Shown piece by piece: positions 50,395 to 60,451 of a stretch of 64,000 nucleotides of DNA. The notes under the pieces were generated by a model. The model was not told the origin of the DNA. It was given only the letters and a program-made list of their open reading frames with translations, and searched no databases. The position numbers were made by a program, and so were the translations under genes. The stretch is taken from the NCBI GenBank assembly GCA_965215265.1, contig OZ244048.1:2528001-2592000 (forward strand), read 5' to 3'. The stretch is from Candidatus Poribacteria bacterium. GTDB lineage: Bacteria > Poribacteria > WGA-4E > WGA-3G. Positions within the stretch are counted from its first letter, which is position 1, and each line of letters opens with the position of its first letter.

Positions 50395-51195
50395 GTGAGA
50401 CTTTTGTTCCTTTACTTCCATTTCATTACACTGCGTATTCGTGCCCAAATGGCGTACCGCCTCTCTTTTACTTTGGAACTCATTGCCCAGGCGAGTGTCT
50501 CGATCATTGATTTCCTGATGATTGCTATTCTGTTTGCACGTTTTAAGCAGTTGGGAGATTGGAGTCTTTGGGAGGTCGGTATGCTTTACGGCATCATTGG
50601 GATTTGCTTTGCTTCTGCGGAAATGGTTGCGCGCGGATTTGATACTTTTCAAGCGCTTGTAGTCCGAGGCGGATTTGATAATCTGCTCATCCGGCCGCTC
50701 GGTACGTTCTATCAAGTCTTGGCTTATGATTTTCAACTCCGTCGCGTTGGTAGGCTCAGTCAAGCTCTCGTTGTCCTTCTGATTGCCAGTTCTCATCTAC
50801 AGCTCACCTGGACGTTTGGAAAAGTGATGTATCTCTTCCTGACACTTATAGGTGGTACGTGCTTTTTTATTGGCCTGCTTGTGATTGGTGCGACGAGCTG
50901 TTTCTGGACTGTGCAGTCTATTGAGATAATTAACATTTTTACGCACGGTGGCCTGTTTGCGGGCAGTTATCCGATTTCAATTTATCAGAGTTGGTTTCGG
51001 CATATTTTCACGTTCATTATCCCGCTTGCCTGTGTCAACTATTTTCCTGCGCTATTTCTGCTTGACAAATTTAAATTGACAGATGCCTCGCGAATTGGGG
51101 TTCAATTTGCGCCGTTTGTGGGTATTCTATTTCTGAGTCTCACGGGTCTCTTTTGGAAATGGGGTGTATCCCACTATCAAAGCACGGGCCATTGA
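50395..51195 (+). CDS. ABC-2 family exporter permease
   Basis: G.FD..LIRP, YPISIY, Y.STG end. Confidence 0.85.
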   Translation: MRLLFLYFHFITLRIRAQMAYRLSFTLELIAQASVSIIDFLMIAILFARFKQLGDWSLWEVGMLYGIIGICFASAEMVARGFDTFQALVVRGGFDNLLIRPLGTFYQVLAYDFQLRRVGRLSQALVVLLIASSHLQLTWTFGKVMYLFLTLIGGTCFFIGLLVIGATSCFWTVQSIEIINIFTHGGLFAGSYPISIYQSWFRHIFTFIIPLACVNYFPALFLLDKFKLTDASRIGVQFAPFVGILFLSLTGLFWKWGVSHYQSTGH

Positions 51196-51264
51196 GTTTT
51201 TGTGAGACATCTGCACTTCAGTGTGTTCTGCTGGAAATAGTCTTCTATAAATTTGAGGGGCATC

Positions 51265-52308
51265 ATGAAAAAAAAGGAAATCGTTATAGAAGTTCGTGAT
51301 CTGAGCAAAAACTTCAAGGTCTATCATCATCGCAAAGGTTTTTTCGGAGCGTTCGCCAACCTCTTTTCGCGTAAGCATCGTGTTGTTCAAGCAGTAGACA
51401 GTATTTCATTTACAGTGGCGCGCGGCGAGATGGTTGGATATTTGGGGCCTAACGGTGCCGGAAAGTCTACAACAATCAAGATGCTCACCGGCATCCTCGT
51501 TCCAACTTCAGGAGAAGTTACGGTAAACGGCTATATCCCCCATCGCCAGCGGAAAGAGAACGCGAAACGCATCGGCGTTGTGTTTGGACAACGTTCGCAT
51601 CTATGGTTTGATCTGCCGGTCCAAGAATCTTTTGAATTACTACGCCGCATCTATCGTATTCCACATGCGCAATACAGCCGCAATGTAGAACTGTTTAACG
51701 AATTGCTCAGTCTTAAGGATTTTTTCCAGACACCGGTTCGACAGCTCAGCCTTGGGCAACGTATGCGCGCTGACATTGCCGCCGCACTACTACATAATCC
51801 GGATGTCCTCTTCCTTGACGAACCGACGATTGGGTTAGATGTCGTTGCCAAACAGCATATCCGCCAGTTTATACAGCAGATTAACACCGAACGGCAGGTT
51901 ACGGTAGTGTTGACAACACACGACCTAGACGATGTAGAGAAGCTCTGTAAACGGGTGATCCTCATCGATGATGCTCGTTTACGTTTTGACGGTGAGCTCG
52001 CTGCACTTCGGCAGCTGCTTTCGCGAGAACGGATTTTGCGGGTGGATTACGCGGAAGTCTATCCGGACTTCAGTATCCCCGGTGCGCAGATTGTATATCA
52101 GGAAGGGCCGCACGTTCAGTATCGATTCTCCCCAGAGGAGATTAGTGCGGCAGAACTGATTCAGGTAATACTCCAAAAATTCAAGATTGTAGACATAGCC
52201 GTTCAGGAACCTGATATTGAGGAGCTAATCAAAACAGTTTATGAGGATAATCTAATTCTGAGTAGAATTCCGAATTGTTCCGGGAATAAGAATCTCGATC
52301 GGAATTAA
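51265..52308 (+). CDS. ABC transporter ATP-binding protein
   Basis: GPNGAGKS, LSLGQRMR, LDEPTIGLD. Confidence 0.92.
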   Translation: MKKKEIVIEVRDLSKNFKVYHHRKGFFGAFANLFSRKHRVVQAVDSISFTVARGEMVGYLGPNGAGKSTTIKMLTGILVPTSGEVTVNGYIPHRQRKENAKRIGVVFGQRSHLWFDLPVQESFELLRRIYRIPHAQYSRNVELFNELLSLKDFFQTPVRQLSLGQRMRADIAAALLHNPDVLFLDEPTIGLDVVAKQHIRQFIQQINTERQVTVVLTTHDLDDVEKLCKRVILIDDARLRFDGELAALRQLLSRERILRVDYAEVYPDFSIPGAQIVYQEGPHVQYRFSPEEISAAELIQVILQKFKIVDIAVQEPDIEELIKTVYEDNLILSRIPNCSGNKNLDRN

Positions 52309-52624
52309 GTGGTGCCAGGTACGGAGGAACTCACCAAACGATGTTCGCGACGGCGAGAATTGCGTTGCTATAAACAGGGTGCCCTGCTGGGCTTTTGAAT
52401 CGGCTTCCGGTCGGAATGTGTAGAGACAGGCAATAACTCGCTCTACTATAAATAGACTTTAGTAAAGACGAAATGCCCCTAATTTCGCGCAAATCCCCTT
52501 GACAATTCCTAAAGGTCTGTGTTAAACTATTTTGAAATTGGTATGGGGGAGTTTGCGAACCTATGCCTATCGTTAAATTTCCAAGTCTAAATGAAAAATC
52601 AGAACCTAAAAGGAGAAAGCGAAA

Positions 52625-53389
52625 ATGAAATCGGTAAAAATAAAAGTCATCTGTCTCCTCGCTCTACTGCTCACTGTACTCTGGTATGCGGATGCGGCGG
52701 ATGCCCAAGAATTCGTAACAGACGGGCTTGTTGCGATGTATACACTGAATGAGGCAGACATTGATGGCAAAGTGGTCAAAGATGTCTTTGGGGACAACGA
52801 TGCGGAAATGATGGGCAATCTCAAATCGGTTGAGGGTCCACTAGGAGACGCGTTGGAGTTTGAAGGGAAACCGGAGAACTACATCGAGATACCCGCCCTG
52901 GGCGAATTTGAATTGGTCACTATTGAATGCTGGGCGCTTGAAGGACAATTCGGCGGTATCCAAGGTATCGTTTCAACATGGCAGTGGGCAGCCGGGAAAG
53001 TCCATTTCAAGTTTGAAGGCAACGAAATCCAGGTCCATAAAAACGACGGTGTCAAGATTCGCTTAGCTGCAGAAACGGAAACGTGGTATCACATCATTTA
53101 CACCAGCAACACCAAAGACGATGAGCTGAAGCTTTACGTTGATGGCGAGCTGGTTGACGAGGGGTTATCCGGGGGAACACCTGAAAATATGGATGAACGT
53201 CGGATTGGCAGTGAACACGATGGGAGATACCTCATCGGGATGATAGATAATGTCCGTATCTACGATCGGATTTTGACTGAGGATGAGGTTAAGCAAAATT
53301 TTGAGGCTGAAAGCGATTCGCTGTCCGTTGTTGAGGCGGCCGGAAAACTCGCACTCACCTGGGGCACGCTTAAGCAGGTGAATAACTAA
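52625..53389 (+). CDS. secreted LamG/concanavalin-like domain protein
   Basis: Signal peptide, WYHI..T..LYVDG..IDNVRIYDR.L, C-terminal KLALTWGTLK; TTGACA-N18-TAAACT promoter at 52499. Confidence 0.85.
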   Translation: MKSVKIKVICLLALLLTVLWYADAADAQEFVTDGLVAMYTLNEADIDGKVVKDVFGDNDAEMMGNLKSVEGPLGDALEFEGKPENYIEIPALGEFELVTIECWALEGQFGGIQGIVSTWQWAAGKVHFKFEGNEIQVHKNDGVKIRLAAETETWYHIIYTSNTKDDELKLYVDGELVDEGLSGGTPENMDERRIGSEHDGRYLIGMIDNVRIYDRILTEDEVKQNFEAESDSLSVVEAAGKLALTWGTLKQVNN

Positions 53390-53405
53390 GCTGCAGTCTC
53401 ATATC

Positions 53406-53429
53406 TGGGCGGATTTGAAAATCCGCCCA
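53406..53429 (+). terminator. hairpin after the LamG gene
   Basis: TGGGCGGATTT-GA-AAATCCGCCCA. Confidence 0.5.
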
Positions 53430-53457
53430 TCTTCTTAAGTCTATACGGTGCGAGCGT

Positions 53458-54369
53458 ATGCGTCCGATTAAAAAGGCAATTATCCCTATCGCCGGGTACG
53501 GGACGCGCCTCTTCCCTGCAACGAAAGCCGTTCCGAAGGCCCTTTTTCCAATCATCGCGCCTGATGGAATGGCGAAGCCTGTCATCCAACTGATTATTGA
53601 GGAAGCGTTAACAGCAGGTGTGGAAGAGGTGTGTATCGTTGCGCAACCCCAACAGGTCGAACCGATTGCCGACTATTTCTCTGGCATCGTACCACCGGCG
53701 CTTCGCGAGAAAGCAGAATTGGCACGTCAGGCGGATATCCTCGCCGAAATCGGCGAACGGTTGTCCTTTGCCATTCAGGCGGAGCCGATGGGGTTTGGGC
53801 ACGCCATCTATTGTGCTAAAGATTTTGCTGCGGACGAACCTGCCATGATTCTGCTGGGCGACCATCTCTATATATCCGATTCGAATGCTTCGTGCGCGAA
53901 ACAGTTGGCTGATATCTACGCTCAGGTCGGACAATCCGTAACCAGCCTCGACATTTGCGATGAACGTGAACTCTCGCTCAACGGAATCGTGCATGGGAGC
54001 CGCTGCGATGGGCACCGTGCACTTTTCAGGCTATCCCAAATTGTGGAAAAGCCTAGCGTGGATGTTGCCCGCAAACACCTTATCGTTGAGGGGCTCCCGC
54101 CGCAGAAGTATCTCTGCAACTTCGGCATAGATGTGCTGACACCGCTTCTTTTTGATATCTTGGATTACAATGCACACCACAACATCGTCACACATGGCGA
54201 GATTCAACTGCGGGATGCTATGACGGAATTGATACGGCAGGAAGGCATGTTCGGTTTCCGTGTTGCAGGGCAGCGTTATGACACCGGTAACCCACAAGAA
54301 TTGCTAAGAACTGTTATTGCTTTTGGACACCACGGTCCCTATTGGGAAGGGGTTGACGATCAAAATTAA
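53458..54369 (+). CDS. UTP--glucose-1-phosphate uridylyltransferase-like sugar nucleotidyltransferase
   Basis: KAIIPIAGYGTRLFPATKAVPK, Q..P.GFGHA, VEKP, EIQL.DA, RYDTG. Confidence 0.85.
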   Translation: MRPIKKAIIPIAGYGTRLFPATKAVPKALFPIIAPDGMAKPVIQLIIEEALTAGVEEVCIVAQPQQVEPIADYFSGIVPPALREKAELARQADILAEIGERLSFAIQAEPMGFGHAIYCAKDFAADEPAMILLGDHLYISDSNASCAKQLADIYAQVGQSVTSLDICDERELSLNGIVHGSRCDGHRALFRLSQIVEKPSVDVARKHLIVEGLPPQKYLCNFGIDVLTPLLFDILDYNAHHNIVTHGEIQLRDAMTELIRQEGMFGFRVAGQRYDTGNPQELLRTVIAFGHHGPYWEGVDDQN

Positions 54370-54431
54370 CCGTTGTTGCAGGTTGGTAGTCGCCTCTCCG
54401 TTGCGACACGAAAAACATATTAAGAAAAACC

Positions 54432-57305
54432 ATGTCAAACAAAGAAGACCTCATCACAACTGCATTCGTCAAAGTGCTGCGCCCTATGCGACACGCATGG
54501 ACACTTACGCAACATCCGTCAAAACCCTTCACCGAAAATGATAGGGAACCTGATGTCATTGTCACCGAACCGAGACGGAACCCCATCGCTATTGAAGACA
54601 AAGTTGACAATCCACGCGGCACAGAGCTCAGTGGTGAAAAGCAGCTCAATGATTTTTACCTCGGTAAAACGCTTAAGACGACGGCCCAGAAAATTCAGAC
54701 CGGCATCGCTGTTCGGTTTCCGTACGAATTCAGAGAGATCGAGCAAGCCGAGCTTGATGAAAAAATGGCAAAAGCCTCAGACATCGCTTACTGTCTCCTC
54801 AGCATAGATGAACCGCACCGCTTCCCGAAAGACGGCTGGCTAACGGGCAGTGTAGCAGACATCGCAACTGCGATTCGCATTGGAGCGATGCCAATCGCGA
54901 AAATTAATGAAGCGTCGAAGATGCTAGAACGTGGTGTGGATACTGCAGGCGAGCTCGTTGATGCGGCGATCGCTGAAAGGCCTGAGATCGGGCATCGGAT
55001 CGAAAAAATCCTCTACCAAGAGTACTGTCCTCAGACAACGCGGATGGCAATGCTTATCATCGGGAATGCTTTTATCTTTCAAAGTTCCCTCGCTGGGAAA
55101 CCCGACTTGGAGACGGTGCCCTCGCTGAGTGGCCTCCGAAGTCAAAACGGCTTACTTGATTCTGATCTCGTTTTTGATGCGTGGTATACTATCCAGACAG
55201 TCAACTATCACTCCATCTATGATGTGGCGGTTGCCTTAGTCAACGCCATCGCCCTCGATGACCAGCTCGTCGGCAAGGTACTTTGGACGCTTCGCAACAC
55301 TGCGCGGAGTTTAGAGCAGATGGGACTTGCAAGAGAGCATGAACTCGCGGGGATAGTTTTTCAGAAACTTATTACAGACAGGCGGTTCATTAAGGCACAC
55401 TACACACGTCCTGAATCATCAGCACTGCTTTCTGCACTCATGTTACCTGAATTAAAGGGCAATGCTAAGCGAATTAAAGTGGCTGACTTCGCTTGTGGAA
55501 CTGGGACCCTCCTCAACAGTGTCTACCAACGCATACTCGGATTTCATGAACAAGCGGGCGGAAAGGGACAAGATATCCATCGAGACATGCTCGAAAACAA
55601 CATCGTCGGTTGTGATATCCTGCCCAATGCTGTACATCTTACGACATCCATTATTGCCAGTACCTATCCGGATATCAAAATGACGGACACACGCATCCAT
55701 ACGATGGCGTACGGGACGCAGCAACCCGACGGACAATACGCTATCGGGGCCCTAAACCTGCTTCGCAACCCAGAAGAGACACTACCCATCCCGATGACAA
55801 TAAGCCGTAGAGTCAGTGCAAGCGAAGACACAGAGACACATGCGCAGAAAGAATTTAGGCACGAAGAATTCGATCTGGTGATACAGAATCCTCCCTATAC
55901 CAAAGGGAATACGGATGGAAATTCCAAAATCCCGAAAACAACGTTTGGCGATAAAGACCCCACGGTCGAAAGGGCAATGAAAAAATCGCTCAAGGCCCAG
56001 AAATGCAGTGTGGCCGACGGCAATGCCGGCATCGCCTCACACTTCGTTGAGCTCGCCGATAAGATGCTGAAACGCAACGGGAGGATCGGTATAGTGCTGC
56101 CCATAAATGCTATCGCAGGCACAAGTTGGCGCAAGGTGCGAAACCTATGGGCGAAGCAATACCACGATGTTATTGTCGTCACTATCGCAGGTGCCAAGAT
56201 TGAAAACAGCACCTTCTCCGCGGATACAGGCATAGCGGAGTGTCTCGTTATTGCCACCAAAGGGAAATCGGACAATACAGGCAGAGGTACTTTTGTTTGC
56301 CTACACCGGCGCCCCGCAGGCGTGCTGGAGGCACTCGAAATCGCAAATCAGATCCACAGGCTGAAGGACATCCGACAGCTTGAAAGCGGTATCACCGGTG
56401 GAAACCCTATCAAGGTGGACATAGAACCCGTCGGCTATGCGATGAACGCCCCCTGCCCAGATGTGGATGAGGGATGGATAGTATGCCGCGTCAAAGATAT
56501 GGGGCTCGTTCAATCGGCATATCAACTCGCCAACGGGTCCCTGAGACTTCCACGACAGACAGAGGCAATTCCGATTCCGATCCGCCGGTTGTCCGACATT
56601 GCCAAAACAAGCCTGGGGCCCCTGGCGATATACGGTGATGGCGGAGAAGGCGTGTTTGACGTTGAGACACGGTGTCCGGAGACTGCAGATTACCCATGCC
56701 TCTGGCATGTTAATTCCAAAATACAGACGGCGATGCTTGTAGAACCCGATGCCCACGCGCTTCCACGCCCTGATTGTGAAAACAAAATCCCGAGAATCAT
56801 GGCACGCAACAGTCGGATTCACTACAGTCAAAGCATCCGGTTTAATGCGGGTTCAGTACTCGTGATGTTTACGGAACAGAAAACCATCGGCGTGAATACG
56901 CTCCCGAATGTTCGCTTTACCAGCGACAAGTATGAATACGCGTGGGCATTGTGGGGCAATTCAACGCTCGGATTGCTCTGCCATTGGATGCAAGCGGGCA
57001 AACAGCAGCAGGGACGCGGTATACTCGGAAAAATGACTTTGCGTTCTCTACCGACATTGGATGTCACGCAGTTGAGTCCGTCTCAACTAGAGGCTGCACA
57101 GCAGATTTTCCATGGGTTAAAACACCAGCAGATGCTTCCGTTCAACGAGATGGTAGTTGACCCGGTGCGGCAGGAACTCGATCGGCTGCTGTTATCAGAG
57201 GTATTGGGTTTTGGAGAGGGGACGCATGCTGAAGTACATGAGGGGCTTGCGCTGCTCCGCAAAAAGCTCTGCGCGGAACCGAGTGTCCACGGCGGCAAAG
57301 GATGA
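54432..57305 (+). CDS. type IIG-like fused restriction endonuclease/N6-adenine methyltransferase
   Basis: N-terminal PDV..IEDK, HYT, DFACGTG, NPPY and a C-terminal target-recognition region. Confidence 0.85.
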   Translation: MSNKEDLITTAFVKVLRPMRHAWTLTQHPSKPFTENDREPDVIVTEPRRNPIAIEDKVDNPRGTELSGEKQLNDFYLGKTLKTTAQKIQTGIAVRFPYEFREIEQAELDEKMAKASDIAYCLLSIDEPHRFPKDGWLTGSVADIATAIRIGAMPIAKINEASKMLERGVDTAGELVDAAIAERPEIGHRIEKILYQEYCPQTTRMAMLIIGNAFIFQSSLAGKPDLETVPSLSGLRSQNGLLDSDLVFDAWYTIQTVNYHSIYDVAVALVNAIALDDQLVGKVLWTLRNTARSLEQMGLAREHELAGIVFQKLITDRRFIKAHYTRPESSALLSALMLPELKGNAKRIKVADFACGTGTLLNSVYQRILGFHEQAGGKGQDIHRDMLENNIVGCDILPNAVHLTTSIIASTYPDIKMTDTRIHTMAYGTQQPDGQYAIGALNLLRNPEETLPIPMTISRRVSASEDTETHAQKEFRHEEFDLVIQNPPYTKGNTDGNSKIPKTTFGDKDPTVERAMKKSLKAQKCSVADGNAGIASHFVELADKMLKRNGRIGIVLPINAIAGTSWRKVRNLWAKQYHDVIVVTIAGAKIENSTFSADTGIAECLVIATKGKSDNTGRGTFVCLHRRPAGVLEALEIANQIHRLKDIRQLESGITGGNPIKVDIEPVGYAMNAPCPDVDEGWIVCRVKDMGLVQSAYQLANGSLRLPRQTEAIPIPIRRLSDIAKTSLGPLAIYGDGGEGVFDVETRCPETADYPCLWHVNSKIQTAMLVEPDAHALPRPDCENKIPRIMARNSRIHYSQSIRFNAGSVLVMFTEQKTIGVNTLPNVRFTSDKYEYAWALWGNSTLGLLCHWMQAGKQQQGRGILGKMTLRSLPTLDVTQLSPSQLEAAQQIFHGLKHQQMLPFNEMVVDPVRQELDRLLLSEVLGFGEGTHAEVHEGLALLRKKLCAEPSVHGGKG

Positions 57306-57453
57306 AGGTTGGTTAAACAACGCGAGCCTCTTTTCGCCAGTGTGCTGAAGCATCCCCGGCAGAGCGTTTACCTGTCTTGAAAGAAGCATTTGGATTGGGG
57401 TTGAAAGAACTACGGTGGCTTGCATTGAAAGTGTGCTGGGAGGAGAAAATCAC

Positions 57454-58164
57454 TTAATCCAGTGTTTCACCAACGTCTAACTCGACAATTTCTACATTTT
57501 GCGAAGCTGTTAGTTTGCGAAGTTCTTCAGGTGTGCCGGTTAAGAGCGGGAACGTCCCGTAATGAATGGGTAGGATTGCTGACACATTGAGCAATTGGGC
57601 GGCATAGGCGGCTTCGCGCGGTCCCATCGTAAAGTGATCGCCAATAGGTAAGAGTGCGAGGTCTGGCTGGTAGATGTCGCCGATAATTCGCATATCGCCA
57701 AAGACATTCGTATCCCCGGCGTGGTAGAGTTTATAGCCGTTGGCGAATTCCAGTACGTACCCTGCCGGTTCACCCAAATAGACCGTTGTCCCGTCTTCCT
57801 CTGTGAAACTACTGCTATGATTTGCGGAAACCATCGTTGCTTTGATGCCGGCGACGGTTACGGTTCCGCCTTTATTCATGCCGATGGTATTTTCAACGCC
57901 CTTTCTCCCGAGCCATCCGGCAATTTCGACGATGGAAACGACGGTTGGCGTATGTTGCTTGGCGAGCGTGACTGCGTCCCCGATGTGATCTGCGTGTCCG
58001 TGCGTTATCAGCATGAGGTCTATTTTGTGAAAAGTTTTGAGTGCATCTGGGCAAACGGGATTGTTCGTTACCCACGGATCGATGAGGAGGGTTTGTCCAT
58101 CCGCCAAAATTTTGAAGGTAGAATGCCCGAGCCATGTGAGTTGGATACCGTTGTTAAGTTTCAT
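57454..58164 (-). CDS. MBL-fold metal-dependent hydrolase (UPF0173)
   Basis: WLGHS, THGHADH, HAGDT, PIG..FTM, PIHY. Confidence 0.9.
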   Translation of the reverse strand: MKLNNGIQLTWLGHSTFKILADGQTLLIDPWVTNNPVCPDALKTFHKIDLMLITHGHADHIGDAVTLAKQHTPTVVSIVEIAGWLGRKGVENTIGMNKGGTVTVAGIKATMVSANHSSSFTEEDGTTVYLGEPAGYVLEFANGYKLYHAGDTNVFGDMRIIGDIYQPDLALLPIGDHFTMGPREAAYAAQLLNVSAILPIHYGTFPLLTGTPEELRKLTASQNVEIVELDVGETLD

Positions 58165-59326
58165 TCAAAATTTCCTTTAATCTGTCAATGATAATTTCCA
58201 CTTCTCCTGGTAGGAGGGTTTGTCCGTTAATCAGGATTCCGTTTTTTCCAGTGGTTGCAATGTCAATGGCGGGGTCGCCCTGTGCGAGTGCGCGGAGAAT
58301 CTGATTTCGGGTTTGTCGGACTCGTTTTTCGTCAAATCGGATTTCAGTGCGTGGCATAGGTTGTGCGGCTTCGGATGGGAAGCTGCGCTGTACTTGAACG
58401 CCTGGGATATCTGCAAATGCGTCTGCGAAGGTAGTAACCTGCGCTTCGTAGTTTTGCATCAACTGCTGATGGTCTTGATTGAGGTACCATTTGACTGCGG
58501 CAAGCAAGCCGACCATCTCTTCCTTTCCGACCTTCATGCCTCTTCCGATAAACGGATGCGGAGGTCCGTTAAAGGCGATGGCTTCAATAAGCGGTTTCGT
58601 TCCGACAATCAGGCCGCTGCTTTGCGGTCCACATAAGCCTTTTCCGCCACTAAACATGACTAAATCGGCCCCGAGCTGTGTGAATCGCCAGAGGTTTTCA
58701 GGCGGTGGCAGCTGCGCGGCGGCATCAACGATAAGGGGTATGCCGTGCCGTTTAGCAATAGCGATGGCTTTTTCGTAAGGTACCCAGAGATGCTCCCTGC
58801 TGGGATTGGCGAAATAGAAGATAGCGGCGGTTTTGTCGGTAATCGCATTTTCCAATTCGTTAGGTGCTGTTCCGTTTTCGTCTCCTATCTCGATAAAGGT
58901 TACACCTACCTGTCGGATGGCGAAATCGTATCCAACCCTGCCGTGTCTGTGTACAATAACTTCACTTTTCATGGTATTGTCGAGACGTGGCAGTTTTTCA
59001 CGTTTAGCGGCATCAAGTCCTGTTATACAAGCTGCAGTGCTGAGTGTGAGTGCGGCGGCGGCCCCGCAAGAAACGTATGCGGCTTCATTGTGTGTGAGCT
59101 TCGCGATCTCTTCTCCGATGCGTTTTTGGAGTGCGATGATGTCTACAAAGTGTTTTGATGCCTCCTCCATTGCCTTGACAACTTCTGGGGGCATGATGGA
59201 GCCGCCGAGACGTGTGAGTGTAGCGTTGCCGTTGATAACGGTGCGGATGCCCAATTCTTTGTAAATGCTCACGTTTCCTGCTCCGGCCTGCTGATGCGCT
59301 GTGGGTTTATCCGACTTCTTCGCCAT
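58154..59326 (-). CDS. SelA-like/DgaE-family PLP-dependent enzyme
   Basis: LG..VING..T.LGGS, VDAAA, FSGGK..GPQSSG, GRGMKVGKEE. Confidence 0.85.
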   Translation of the reverse strand: MAKKSDKPTAHQQAGAGNVSIYKELGIRTVINGNATLTRLGGSIMPPEVVKAMEEASKHFVDIIALQKRIGEEIAKLTHNEAAYVSCGAAAALTLSTAACITGLDAAKREKLPRLDNTMKSEVIVHRHGRVGYDFAIRQVGVTFIEIGDENGTAPNELENAITDKTAAIFYFANPSREHLWVPYEKAIAIAKRHGIPLIVDAAAQLPPPENLWRFTQLGADLVMFSGGKGLCGPQSSGLIVGTKPLIEAIAFNGPPHPFIGRGMKVGKEEMVGLLAAVKWYLNQDHQQLMQNYEAQVTTFADAFADIPGVQVQRSFPSEAAQPMPRTEIRFDEKRVRQTRNQILRALAQGDPAIDIATTGKNGILINGQTLLPGEVEIIIDRLKEILNET

Positions 59327-60119
59327 CTAATTTTCCGACGTGCAGGTCTATTTCGTCGCGCGATTCAATTTTCTCGACTTTACCGTCTGCCATGTGGAAG
59401 ATTCGATCAGAGACGTCCAACATTTTGTGGTCGTGCGTTGCGGTGATGATGGTGACTCCGTTTTCGCCATTTAGTCGGCGAAGGAGTGCGATAATCTCGA
59501 GTCCGGTTTTTGTATCAAGGTTCCCGGTGGGTTCATCAGCGAGGACGATGGCTGGATTGTTGGCCAGCGATCGTGCAATGGCAACACGTTGCTGCTGTCC
59601 GCCGGACAGTTCTAACGGTTTGTGTTGGACCCGGTCGCCTAACCCGACGAGTGCGAGGAGTTCGACGCCTTGTTCGCGGCTCTCATCGGCACTCATGCCT
59701 GCGAAAATCATGGGTAGCGAAACGTTTTCGAGCGCGGTCATGACGGGGATAAGGTTGAACGATTGGAAGATATATCCAATTTTCCGGCAGCGTAGCCAGG
59801 CGAGTTCATAAGCGTCAAGTTGGGCGATGTCAACTTCGTCAATATAGACTCTGCCTTCGGTCGGTTTGTCGAGTCCGCCAATCATATTGAAAAGCGTAGA
59901 CTTGCCGGAGCCGGAGGGTCCCATAATAGAGATATATTCGCCGCGCTGAATTTGGAAATTAACCCCCCTGAGTGCATCAACGGTGGTATCGCCCATTTCA
60001 TAACGTTTAATGAGGTTCCGGACGCGGACTGTATTCTCTTTGGGGAGGATTCGCTGGAACCGTTCGGGGGTTTCGGCAAGGATAGGTTGTCCATCACTTA
60101 GTCCTGTTTGCATATTCAT
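59307..60119 (-). CDS. ABC transporter ATP-binding protein (LolD/MacB-type)
   Basis: GPSGSGKS, LSGGQQQR, ADEPTGNLD. Confidence 0.92.
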   Translation of the reverse strand: MNMQTGLSDGQPILAETPERFQRILPKENTVRVRNLIKRYEMGDTTVDALRGVNFQIQRGEYISIMGPSGSGKSTLFNMIGGLDKPTEGRVYIDEVDIAQLDAYELAWLRCRKIGYIFQSFNLIPVMTALENVSLPMIFAGMSADESREQGVELLALVGLGDRVQHKPLELSGGQQQRVAIARSLANNPAIVLADEPTGNLDTKTGLEIIALLRRLNGENGVTIITATHDHKMLDVSDRIFHMADGKVEKIESRDEIDLHVGKLDGEEVG

Positions 60120-60283
60120 TTGTTTTCCTTTATCTCCTTTGTCTTACTTTGTCTTACTTTTGGGTCTGGCTTGCGAGCCGACCTCTTGTGTATGGCGTAC
60201 GGTTTGGGTAGGGAAAGGCCTCAGCCAAAAAGAGTTGCCTTTCTCTTATGCCTAAGTTTAGTGTCCTGCAAATCGATGTCGGA

Positions 60284-60387
60284 TTTCTGTATATCTCCGT
60301 AAAGAATTGTCCCTGCTTGCAGGGTGAATTCTTGTCCATAAAGGGTTATGTTTTTTTTGTATATTTCAGCCCCATCAAGGGTTATGT
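60284..60387. repeat. two tandem copies of the dispersed intergenic repeat, one interrupted by a hairpin
   Basis: 60354-60387 is 27/34 identical to copy A; 60284-60351 is the same motif split by an inverted repeat at 60302-60333. Confidence 0.6.
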
Positions 60388-60451
60388 ATTGTTGAATCCG
60401 AGGTTTTAACATTGCAGCAGCCTTGTTACGGGCTCCTGTAGACGAAAAACC

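Noticed and set aside
58154-59326. Selenocysteine synthase selA
   Set aside because: The sequence fits the shorter SelA-like/DgaE subgroup and has no selB/selC neighbours, so it is not evidence for Sec machinery.
60221-60412. 63-aa ORF as a RiPP precursor for the PqqD protein
   Set aside because: It consists largely of the dispersed intergenic repeat and hairpin and has no clear RBS.
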